DNA of 64,000 bases from Amoebophrya sp. A120 (taxonomy: Eukaryota; Protista; Dinoflagellata). Below are positions 38,701 through 48,847 of the stretch, piece after piece (the stretch's first letter is position 1; each line of letters starts with the position of its first letter). The position numbers and the translations under genes are program-made. The notes beneath the pieces were generated by a model. The model was not told where the DNA came from. It saw nothing but the letters and a program-made list of their open reading frames with translations, and ran no database searches. Location of the stretch: positions 8,182,515-8,246,514 of the forward strand of contig CAJINV010000005.1 of assembly GCA_905178155.1 (NCBI GenBank), read 5' to 3'.

Positions 38701-41700
38701 AGACATCCTTGCAGTTGATATCGTCGAACTTTACATTGATTTGATCCGGGTCGAGCCGTACAAGTTATCAAATGTAAAAATGTCTGGGTCTGGAAACTTG
38801 TGATGCTGTGTGGCATATCATGAGGAGGCCACAATTGCTGGCTCGGCATGACAAGTTTCTGACCTTCTAGGTGTTGCCTATTCTGCATGACAAACTACGT
38901 TTCTGCATGACAGAAAAGTGGGGCTCTTTGGTAATGTGCATGACAGATTTAAGAGTCATGCCAGACAAGCATGACAAACTTGCATTCTTCCAGACCCAGA
39001 CATTTTTACATTTGATACAAGTTCTACGAATCCTATTCCGTCGCGAAGAACACTTCGGTTCATAACTCTCTCGCGAATTCCGAAACCGAAAGCTCCTCCT
39101 CCTCTGCTTCTTCTGGTGAAAATAAGAACGGTAATCATGGGAGTGGCGAACAGACCACGAATGAATCCGGATCCAGTTCGGGTGAGCAAAGTGGATCGTC
39201 TTCAGGAGATAGTACTAGCGGAACAAATTCCTCCTCCACTTTAAATCTAGACGGGATCAGGCACACGAGAAGCAAAACGCGGAACCACTGGACCGCCTCG
39301 ATGCTGATTGAGGACGAGCCGGATAACTTTTTGAAACGGAATGTTTTGGTCTATTTGAAAAACTTACCAAGACTGTGGGTGTTGCAACTAAACGTCTACT
39401 ACCCGAGCAGGAGGACGGGGGTTTTCTCAGTCGAGGATTTCAAGAGTGGTGGGGGGAATGTCAACAGCGGGATTGGTGGGGCGAACAGCTCAACATCGTC
39501 TCCGAACAAAGGCGGTCCTTTCATCTCGCCTGCGAAAGGAGGCGGGCAGAATCTACTTCAGAAGCCGACCGGCGTGATCAGTCCGGGCAAGATGAAAGCG
39601 GGTTCTACTTGTTCTTTTCAGACATCTATGGATTGTAAAAATGTCTGGGTCTGGAAAGACGCGAACTTGTCATGCTAAGTCTGGATAATACAAAAATTTG
39701 TGTTGCATGATTGCCAATAGGTGTCCACTTTTGAACAAGTTTAGAGGCAGTTTGTCATGCAGGATAGACATGATACAGACTTCGAAGAACCTGTCAGGCT
39801 AGGTCCTGCATTGCAGACCTCAAGGGGCATGGAAAACCTGCATGACAAGTTTAACACTCTTCCCGACCCAGACATTTTTACATTTGATAACATCCCTATT
39901 AGACGAGATGTACGTCTCCTCGAACGCGTATGGAAGTGTCAGGATCGAATGCGACAGAGTTCAAATGATTTGCGATGCATAAAATCGATACCAGTTGGAC
40001 CCTCTGTTTCCAAGTGGCGCATGACAAGTTTTGGCATTGCCGAAATTCAGTCTGTCATGCTGCTTGGGCAAAGACAGTTGCTTCTGTCGTGCTACTTCGG
40101 CAGCTCTATGGTCTCTACCCACAAGCAGGCTTTGAATCCGGCCCCACTTGCCGTTGCCACTTCGCAAGACAGGCACTTTGTTCCTTGTGTTTTATGCATT
40201 ACAGATTATTCAAGTTATTTGCCGCTTTCGATCCTGACGCTTCCATAGCGCGAACCTCAGCCCAAGTTCCTCCCCCTCGAAGACCTCCTTAACCACGGCG
40301 AGGAGCAACTTTTTACTGAGTTACGAGAAAGTCACGAAAAGGCGGCAGTGCATTCACGTGAGGGACGAGGAGGACGAGGGGATTTTGTCCGAGTACAACT
40401 CCATGCTGCAGCAAGCAAATCTCGCGGAACTAGATTATCTAGGGCAAGGGGTTGGCGGCGCGCCGGGGTCGAATTCATCTACCGCGCAAGCACGGTCCTC
40501 TGCCAGAAGGAACAGCGCGGGGTCAAAGAACGACTTGACTGGGAATGACAGTTCTGCTTCAAGCTCTTCTAGCGGAATAACCGGCTTCACCAACGTCGCG
40601 GCAACCCCGATGTTTTCTACTGGTGTGATGAAGAACCAAAATACTAGCGCTGGAAATGCTGCATCGGGTACTAGTGGCACCGCGACTGGATCAGGAACAT
40701 CGAAGGGCCCCTCGAAGAACCTTCGCAGTACTCTCCTCCGCAGTCAGCAGGCCGCGTTGCATCAGCCGCAGACACTCTACAGCCAAGAGGAAAAATCCTA
40801 TCCTGAGTAAAAACATTCGCACCCCAGAGTCAAGATGGGGATTCTGCAACACAAACCTTGAAGTTTTGGGAGTCACGCATGACAAGTTGCAGGCTGTACT
40901 GTAGTGCTAGTGCAGCTTAGCAAGGAGAGCCGCATAACAAATCCGTCTCCTCATCCTGTTTACAGCATTACAAGTTCCGAAACACAATGGGAAGTGCCAA
41001 TGCCTCTCATGGGGATTCGCATTACAAATGCTCTTGTGCTTGCAAATCTGCATGACAACTCTGGGCTGGGGATGTTTTTACATGGGATAAATCCCGCTTG
41101 TTAACCATCTTCTACCTGAAGCAACTCAAAGTTCTCAACGGGATCTCTGTCACGACAGAGGAGCAGCACCGGTCGAATCACTTGTTCGCGTCAAAGCTAC
41201 AAGTGGAATTAGTGGAGGAACTGTTGAATTGCGAACTCCACCCGTTAGCGAACTCGGTGTTGCAGCAGATGAAGGTGCTGGACTTGTCGAACCAAAGGTT
41301 GAGGGATTTATGAACTTCAAAAGCATCCTACTCGTAGTAATTGCAGTCATGCATTACAAATCTTTTTCGTAAGGTAAATCCGCATTGCAAATTTTATTTC
41401 TCATGCTGAGAAAATTTGTAATGTATTTATTCAAGTGCGACGCTTTTGCATTTCATAAGATTTGTCGGAGATCAAATTTGCCCAACTCTTCCCCCACTTG
41501 AGAAAACTGGTTTTGGACAACAACCCCGGTTTGCTAGAGTTGGACTTTTCCAACAAAGCACTCGGGATACTAGCGCCGCCGGCAACGGCGAATCAAGCAG
41601 GTGGCACGGAAAGTTCTACTTCGAACGGTGAAACGAGTAAAGAGATAAAGCAAGACCAACAACAGGGCCCACAGTCGCTCCAACAGGTAGCGAACCAAAC

Positions 41701-44700
41701 CGGAATAAACAAGCGAAAGGAATCCATCGCCGTTTCCATCCACGGGCAACCCCTGCAAAAACTGGTGAAGCTCTGTCTCAACGGGTGCACGAAACTTTCT
41801 CCGGCTAAATTAGATTTATCTGGGGTCCAGCACTTGGAAACTTTGGAACTGTCCAATATGAACCTGACCGATTTGTTTTTCATCCCGGATTCCTTGCAAA
41901 ACCAGAAATCCTTGAAGATTCTCCGCCTCGCCAGGAACGAATTCCAGTCCGTGCCCGACGGTTGCTTTGCGCACTTGGCGTCGCTGCAGTTTCTGGACTT
42001 GAGCCAGAACAAGATAAAGCTAGTGGAGCCGGACAAGTCGTTCCGCGGGCTGACGGAACTACGGGAATTGCATTTAGAGGAGAACCGGTTGCCCTCGTTT
42101 GGACAATCAGATGCGATTGCGACGCAGGGATACATTGTGACGAAGAACGGCGTGATAAATTACTTTGCGGAAGATAAGCCAAGATACAAACTTAACTTAT
42201 GGTCAGCGTTTTATTTGCGCATTTCTAGTTGTACTCATACTGCATGTAAAGAAGTTCAAGTTGAAGTATTGTCCAGTGCACTGATGTTATTTCTCGAAAA
42301 ATAAATCCGCATGACCATGAGAAATCGAAATGCAACACTTCCACCAGCATCGAGTTAATTATTATTCCCCCCTCAGTGACTGACCAGTAGGTTTTGTGAC
42401 TGCATAATAAACGGGAAGAACCAGATGCCGCAATCTCCGTTGAAAGGGCAAAATACCGCGAATTTGAATTGGTTCCGGTCGGTGAGGCTGAAAGTGTTGA
42501 ACCTTGCGTTCAACCGGATCCAGGAGCTGCGCGATGTCGGTAGGATAAACGAACTTCGGGGGTTGCACACAGTTTCTCTGATCAACAATCCGTTCGCGCG
42601 TATGGAAGCGTCAGGATCAAAATCGACAAAGTTGAAAAAATTTGTGATGCATAAAACGGATAACAGTTGGCGGCCAGTTTCCAAGTGGCGCACGACAAAT
42701 TTGGGTAGAGCCTAAATCCAGTCTGTCATGCTGTTCAGGTAAGGAAGACGCCTTTTGTCATGCTACTTTAGCAGCTCACGTTCTGCCCGTCAATAAGCTT
42801 ACAATCTGCCTCACTTGCCTACTCTGCAAGACAGGTTTTTTGTGGCTTGCATTTTATGCATGACAAATTATTTCGACTCTGACGATTTCGATCCTGGCGC
42901 GTCCATAGCGCGGAAGCACTGGTACCGCTACCAGTTGATAAACCACGTCCCGTATCAACTGCAAAAATGTCTGGGTCTGGAAAAATGCAACGTCTTTCAT
43001 GCATATTTTGCATGACCCATGATGTCTGTGATGCATGCTGTGGCATCACAGAGTTTGTAAATGCTTTCTGATGGCCACACAGCATGAGAAATTCCCTCTC
43101 CGCGTAGCGAAAACTGGACCCCTTTTGCAGTTCATGCAATACAGATTTCATGTAGAATCCAAAAACAGCATCACAAGTTTCAATCTTCCAGACCCAGACA
43201 TAGTTGCATTTGATATCCCGAACTTGAAAGCGATCGATTCCGTTGCGGTTACGATTATCCCGAGTAAAAACGACCCACGCCAGAGTCACGGTGCGCATTT
43301 TGCTACACAAACCAACAGGTTTTGCATGTTGCGCATGACAAGTTTGGGGTCGCAGTGTAGTAAATCTGCGTAGTCAATAGTGCAGCCGCATCAGAAATGT
43401 ATCACTTTATTCTAACTTCAGCATGACAAAGTCCTAGACAGCATTAGAGAATGCTTCTAATGTGGCGGCGCATGAGAAACATTTTGGTCTTGCAGATTCG
43501 CATTACAAGTCTGTTGGGGTGGGGACGTTTTTACGTTGGATAACGCTCGAAGAGACGGAAAGAGTAGCGGTATCAAAAGGAAAAATCCCCCCTCCCCATA
43601 TCAAAACGGAAATCTGTGATGCAGATTTGGGGTCACAAATCAGCTTTGTGATGCTAGAAGGCAAAAGATGCGGACTGTAGTGCTGTCCAGCGTGGGAAAG
43701 CCTTGCAGCTCCAGGATGACAGGAGGCAACTGGAAGTGGGAAACAGCATGACAGGCTGCCTGCAATTTTGGCCGCAGCTTCGTCTCTTGGCCTTCTAGCA
43801 ATACAAGTCGATTTGTGTACTCAAATACAGCATCACAAATTCGCGCATCTCCCGTTTCCGACATGGGGTGGGGGCTTTTTTCACTTTGATAAGCGGCTTT
43901 GGTTCGGCAGCATTTGGAAAACAACCCGCAGGCCGCGATGGCGGTTGTTACGGTATAATACATAGGTTTTAAAGTTGTTACTCTTTTACTTTTTGCCGAT
44001 AGAAGGTTTTTGTGTATGACAAGCGTTCCAGTTCATGTTGTTTCCGCATGACAAAATGAAAATCTTCTTCATCAAAGGTCGACGCGTTAATCGACGGTGG
44101 CAACGGGTCCACTCAACCTCCTTCCACCACCAATTCTACCACCCTGGACGGCTCGCAGCAACAGAACAACAACAGTAGCCGGAAGTCCAGCAACTTCGTG
44201 CTGGGCGCGAATCCCATGCTATCACACAGAAAAAAGCAGGCACGTCATACTTGAAATGCAAAAAGGAATACACAAAAAAGTCTGTATTGCGTGTCCCAAA
44301 CAGTATGATATGGGGCCGCCCATGACAGATTTTTCTGTGTATTTACTTTTGCATGGCAAGTATGCCCTGCCTGCTTTTTTCTCTGGAATACATGCTTCCC
44401 GGGAGTTTGTCCATTGCCCACCAATCGGGGGGCGGCGAAAAGGGAACAATGGGCCAAGGAATTACCGGTGGTAGTACAACGTCGACGCAGAAGGGGCGAC
44501 GGCCGATGTCGGGGAAGGTAAATCCGAACAATGCAAGTGGTGGACACAACATGCTAAATTACCTCCCCGCGAACATCGGAACGCCCACCCCAGCCGGAAA
44601 CTTGACAAGCACCGGGGGGAGAACGATAGGCCACTTACCTCTGACCGAAGGCGGACATTCCCAGGCAGCACCTCCTAATATGGGGCAACAGCAACATCAG

Positions 44701-46175
44701 CAATCAAATTCCGGAGGCAGTAGTACATCAACCGCGAGCATCGGAAATACCCCAACGGGCCTTCTCACCGGTCAGCACGTCTCCGGGGGCAGTAGCAGCA
44801 GTTCCAGCGCAACTGATAAGCGGAAGATCGTGAAGGGAAGCGTCGCGGCGAGCCAGAATAATTTCGCTGGAAGTACGTCAAACGGCATGACAAACACCGA
44901 GATGCTCGCGTCTGTCGCGAATGGAGCGGGAAACAGCAATAGCGCTTCCACGCCAACAACATCGGATGGCATGATGCAAATGGGTAGTATGGGAATCACC
45001 GCGAAGGCGATTACCACGACAAAACCACCTCTAGGCGGGACATTAATGCCAAACGGAGGTGGGTCTAGTTTGACGAGCACGCCTGGGTCGACTATGACAA
45101 CCCCTTCCGTTGAGTCCACTTCCGGCCGGCCGCCGCGGAATCCGACTGGGGGAACTACGGGAACAGCAAGTGCTGGCTCGCTAGTCACCGGACTGAGCTT
45201 GACGAACAAAAATCAACAACATCCGGGAGGCAGTGAACAAGCGGGAGGGTTCATCTCCTCCTCCACCACGTCCACCACCCACACGCCCGTCGGCGACATG
45301 TCCGAGAGGGAAAGCGCCTCTGCCTCTATGTCGGAGCGGGAGACGAGCACGACAGAAGGAGTAGCTGTTCCTCCTTCAAGCAGTAGAGATCACAACCAAA
45401 ATCAGCAAAGCAACAACGCTGGAAACACGATGGATTACGTGCAAGAACTGATCCGGCCGGGGGTGATCAATTTGTCCGCTTCCACCGCGTATCAAATGCA
45501 AATACGTTTGGATCTGGAAACGTGTAATGCTGAGTTGTGAATAGTGAATTCTCTGTAATGCACAGCCAAGCATGAGAAATATTTGCGCGGCTTGGTGTTG
45601 CGCTTTCCGCATGACAAACTGCGTTTTGCATGACAAGCAAAAGGGTCTCTTCATCTTGGACACGCATGACAAACTCTTCAGTCATGCCAGACAAGCATGA
45701 CAAACCTTCCAGCCTTCCAGACCCAGACATATTTGCAGTGCATACCGCGTCGAACAACAGTGTCTCCGGTGGGAGGAATTCCACCTCGAACCCGTCCCAA
45801 TTGAACAATATCGTCCACATGAGCAGTCTTTTGTCCAGCCGAATCAACCTGAATTCCGCCCCAACATCAAATAACCAATTCGGAGGTGTTCCAGGGCACA
45901 ACATGAACCAGTTTGGAGTTGAAGGGCTCTCTGCTGGAATAACCGGCAACGCAGTCATGACCCCGAGTCACGGGACCCGGCCGGGAAACAGCAACAGTGG
46001 CAGTAGAACGAGAGCGGAGTCCGGGATGGGTGGATCATCTGCGGGGGTGAACAATGGTCAGTTTGGGAATGATTTGCAGGCGGTGGGGCTGCAGGTGGTC
46101 GGGGGGACGGTGGTGACGAGTAAAAGACGAGCGAATTCGTTTGGGAACAGCATCGGCGGCGGGGGGAAGCGGTAG
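23741..46175 (+). CDS. LRRC9: Leucine-rich repeat-containing protein 9-like; 38 introners + GT-AG introns 27911-28075, 42202-42390, 43953-44077
   Basis: Continuous frame after excisions. Many LxxLxLxxNxI repeats; FSSPDWGRNPICLLQNY, LKKRLFYSMR, EYLF and NPFARKHWYRYQLINHVPNLKAIDSVAVT motifs resemble LRRC9 (from memory). Confidence 0.75.
23859..24178. mobile_element. Introner family C
   Basis: TIR; TSD CCTCC. Confidence 0.9.
24216..24474. mobile_element. Introner family A
   Basis: TSD CGGTT. Confidence 0.9.
25091..25353. mobile_element. Introner family A
   Basis: TIR; TSD TGGCA. Confidence 0.9.
25395..25705. mobile_element. Introner family C
   Basis: TIR; TSD TGGAT. Confidence 0.9.
25766..25974. 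mobile_element. Introner family H
   Basis: TIR; TSD TCCAG. Confidence 0.9.
26109..26407. mobile_element. Introner family B
   Basis: TIR; TSD AATTT/AATTC. Confidence 0.85.
26474..26755. mobile_element. Introner family B
   Basis: TIR; TSD TTGCT/TCGCC. Confidence 0.85.
27496..27747. mobile_element. Introner family F
   Basis: TIR; TSD CGATT. Confidence 0.9.
28281..28558. mobile_element. Introner family B
   Basis: TIR (ends ATG); TSD AGAAG. Confidence 0.9.
28613..28891. mobile_element. Introner family A
   Basis: TSD GAAAC/GAGAC. Confidence 0.9.
28941..29184. mobile_element. Introner family A
   Basis: TIR; TSD TTGGA. Confidence 0.9.
29447..29745. mobile_element. Introner family A
   Basis: TSD CGCCA. 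Confidence 0.9.
29813..30134. mobile_element. Introner family C
   Basis: TIR; TSD CGGAA. Confidence 0.9.
30147..30432. mobile_element. Introner family A (divergent)
   Basis: TSD CACCG. Confidence 0.85.
30648..30876. mobile_element. Introner family D
   Basis: TSD TGGAG. Confidence 0.85.
31145..31302. mobile_element. Introner family E
   Basis: TIR; TSD TCCTA. Confidence 0.9.
31545..31796. mobile_element. Introner family A
   Basis: TIR; TSD AGCGG. Confidence 0.9.
31880..32184. mobile_element. Introner family G-like
   Basis: TIR; TSD TTCCG. Confidence 0.9.
32401..32657. mobile_element. Introner family B
   Basis: TIR; TSD CGGAG. Confidence 0.9.
33837..34141. mobile_element. Introner family C
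   Basis: TIR; TSD GAAGT. Confidence 0.9.
34647..34909. mobile_element. Introner family A
   Basis: TIR; TSD CCTTC. Confidence 0.9.
34958..35222. mobile_element. Introner family A
   Basis: TIR; TSD GTTGA. Confidence 0.9.
35285..35503. mobile_element. Introner family D
   Basis: TIR; TSD TCTTT. Confidence 0.9.
35633..35954. mobile_element. Introner family C
   Basis: TIR; TSD AGTGG. Confidence 0.9.
36222..36371. mobile_element. Introner family E
   Basis: TSD GGAAT. Confidence 0.9.
37756..38007. mobile_element. Introner family A
   Basis: TIR; TSD CTTCT. Confidence 0.9.
38482..38720. mobile_element. Introner family A
   Basis: TIR; TSD TCGTC. Confidence 0.9.
38766..39017. mobile_element. Introner family A
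   Basis: Perfect long TIR; TSD CAAGT. Confidence 0.95.
39627..39889. mobile_element. Introner family A
   Basis: TIR; TSD ACATC. Confidence 0.9.
39929..40247. mobile_element. Introner family G
   Basis: TIR; TSD ACGCG/GCGCG. Confidence 0.9.
40799..41089. mobile_element. Introner family B
   Basis: TIR; TSD AATCC. Confidence 0.9.
41309..41457. mobile_element. Introner family E
   Basis: TSD GGATT/AGATT. Confidence 0.85.
42601..42907. mobile_element. Introner family G
   Basis: TIR; TSD GCGCG. Confidence 0.9.
42953..43215. mobile_element. Introner family A
   Basis: TIR; TSD TCCCG. Confidence 0.9.
43256..43542. mobile_element. Introner family B
   Basis: TIR; TSD ACGAT/ACGCT. Confidence 0.85.
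43571..43891. mobile_element. Introner family C
   Basis: TIR; TSD AGCGG. Confidence 0.9.
44220..44390. mobile_element. Singleton introner
   Basis: TIR AGAAAAAAGCAGGC/GCCTGCTTTTTTCT; TSD CATGC. Confidence 0.9.
45490..45744. mobile_element. Introner family A
   Basis: TIR; TSD CCGCG. Confidence 0.9.
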
Positions 46176-46749
46176 TTACTTGTTTGTAGGAAGAGGGAAC
46201 TACCCTGTGAGGGCGGGCACTGGAATTTTGTTTATGGAGGGCCGCAGGTGGTCAAGGTATCGCTAAAGAGGCGGAAATGGGATTGCAATTTGCAAAGCAA
46301 GCTATGAGAACTTGTATTATGAGAACTGCTGGTGAAATAGAAATTTGGATTTGCTGAACAAGTGTGGACTCTTTTTTTCTGTAAGATCGACTCTGTAAAC
46401 CTGCTATCTGTTTCGATTTTTCGTCATCTGATCGTCTCATGCTGTTTACGACTTTTGGTTCACGCGTAGCTAAAAATTTTGGGCACGCTACACCATTAAG
46501 ATGAAGTGTTACGTAATTTGATAGTTTGGTTTTTTGAATATAGCATCACGAATGCGATAGTTCGAATATTTCTTTTTTTGAGGCAAATTAAAGTCCGCTC
46601 TCGGAGTGACGAAGCCGATGACATGCTGAACTTTTCGATCCCATCAGGCGTAAAGGCAAGGTACGTGCCGGGACACAAAATCCATGTTGAATTTCTCAAA
46701 CGCGACAATGTTTTGGCGTTGCCCCTTGTGTCTTGGTCTTGCGAAGTGT

Positions 46750-48150
46750 TCTGGCTGCAATAAAGGGCGGTATGGCTTCCCCGCCGTTGCGTGACGTCGT
46801 TGCGGTGACAAGGGAGCTGGCCCAGACCCGTTTGGAAAGCATCCATCTACGCGCTGCTTCTAGCTGCGCGCCGCCGGCTAAAGCGTGCGCCGTTCGCGCG
46901 GCGTGCCCGCGTTTCGCCGGCTTGGCTGCGACGGCCGGCCGCGCTGCCAAGTGCGTAAGCCGCGGCGCCTATGCTGCCGTTGGCAGGCGGGAACTGCCAG
47001 GCGATCCGTTTCGACAATGGGTCGCACTTCGGGCGCAAGTTCCGGCGACAATTGGCCGCACTCTGGTGCCCAGCCGCCCAGGCCGAGGGCCATGGCTTCC
47101 GCCTGTCTGCCAGATGTGAGGGGTGGGGCAAGCAGCAGGGAGCAGTGTTTCGCCGGCGCTTGTCGCAGCGAGCCGCGCCGTTGTGCACAGGCGAAGAAAG
47201 GTGGCGGCGGCATGCTTCGGGGTTCCGGCCGGCGCCCGGTTTTCGGCTCTTGATTTAGCCACCGCAGCAGCGGCTGCAGTAGCTGGCGATGTGCGCCGCC
47301 ATATTCTTCGAGAGTGAGAATGGAGGGGCCCGCGGCGTGCCCCACTCGGCTCCTTTTTCAGGACCGGCCGAACTCAGTCACTGAGAATCGGTTGCCTTCA
47401 GCACTGCACGGCGTGCAGGGCTAGGCCCCGCATGATTGGGCGCCACTTTTGGTGAAAGACCGACGCCATGCAAGAATACTACACCCGGGGGAACAGATTC
47501 CAGGGCAGCGCCCAAAAAAGAACCGCGCGGCATTACATAGGCGCCAGAAGCCTGAGCCGGGCCGGGCGCACGTTCGCCGCAGCGGCAGCAGGTGGCGCAA
47601 AGCGGAAACAAGAGAGCTGCGGCGGTGCAAGCCCCACCGTTTCCGGTCGCGCAGCTAGCAGGCGCAATCTTGAAGGCCGCGCCGCGAAACGGCTGCCGCC
47701 CTCCGGCGCGGCGTACGTTTGCGCGAGAAGGTTTCGGCTCTGCTGCTGCAACGGCGGCAGCCAGGCCTTTCCCAGCAAAGTCTGTCTCGCGGCGCCCAGA
47801 GTGCTGGGGCCCCGGCCGTTGGACGGGCCGGCGCCAGCGCTGGCCCGCGTGGCCAAATTGCGCGGGGCGCCCGCGCGCGGCGGTAGGGGTGACACTTAGC
47901 CAGGCGCCGCAGGCAGCACGCGCCCGCGGCGCCTCTGTGTGATCCTGCGCCCCCACGGCAGTACTGCAGGGCGCAGGCCGCGCCGCCTTTTTCCTGTCCG
48001 GCGCGCGTGTTGGGCGCGTGCGGCCGAGATGCATACCCCATTCGGGGCGCTTGCAGACGAGATCGCCTGCGGGCGCCAGCACTGTTTCCCTGACTGGTAA
48101 AACAAATGGCGACAGGGACCGGACGTGGCCGCGTCGTGTGAACATATTTC
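46750..48150. other. GC-rich intergenic island of unknown nature
   Basis: Much higher GC than the flanks; no introners; no convincing ORF. Confidence 0.5.
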
Positions 48151-48847
48151 GCCGCTGGTCTCGCTATGCTGTTCGTATCAACGAGAGGTCACATAATGAT
48201 AGACCGGAAAGTACATTCACAAAAAAGCAGTGTCTACTATCTAACGTTGCCACAGCCAAAACCTCGCGATGAGTATCGCCTACAAGAGCTTATGTTTCTA
48301 TTCAGACCTGCTCTAATTATACTGTGACTCTACATACATTGCAATATAAAAGCGTATCGGTAAACGACCAGAGCGAAAATAAGTATAAACGATCATATCG
48401 GTTGCACGAATGAGAACTTGACTTCGAAATGCCTCGCTTAACTCGCCGTAGCAGGAACGAACTTGATTTCAACGATTGAGCACACAATCATGGCAGCACA
48501 ACCAGAATTTTTCCAATCAATGAATCATTTTCATCTCGCAGTCCCACCACCCCCCTGTTTTGACAGCAATTACTGTGGCCCAGTTTTTTGAAAATTTTCA
48601 TAGATTTTGGTAGCCTCGCTCTCTTTTCGACCAGTTTCATTGGTCCTCCACCGAGATGAATATGTGGCATGACACGACTTCGCAGAAGTTTTCTACATCC
48701 TAGTAGCACCAACTCCGAGTTGTAGCCAAGCGTTTGTATGCTTGGGCACAACTAACAGCAACTTCTAGCCTGTTCATAGAGCAAGAGTTTCAACTTCGCA
48801 ATTTTATTCTCGACCAATATCACAAGACCCTGATCAATAAAACGACC

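Noticed and set aside
46696-48145. Overlapping Arg/Ala/Pro-rich ORFs as genes or transposase
   Set aside because: Expected from high GC; no DDE, RT or recombinase motif recognisable
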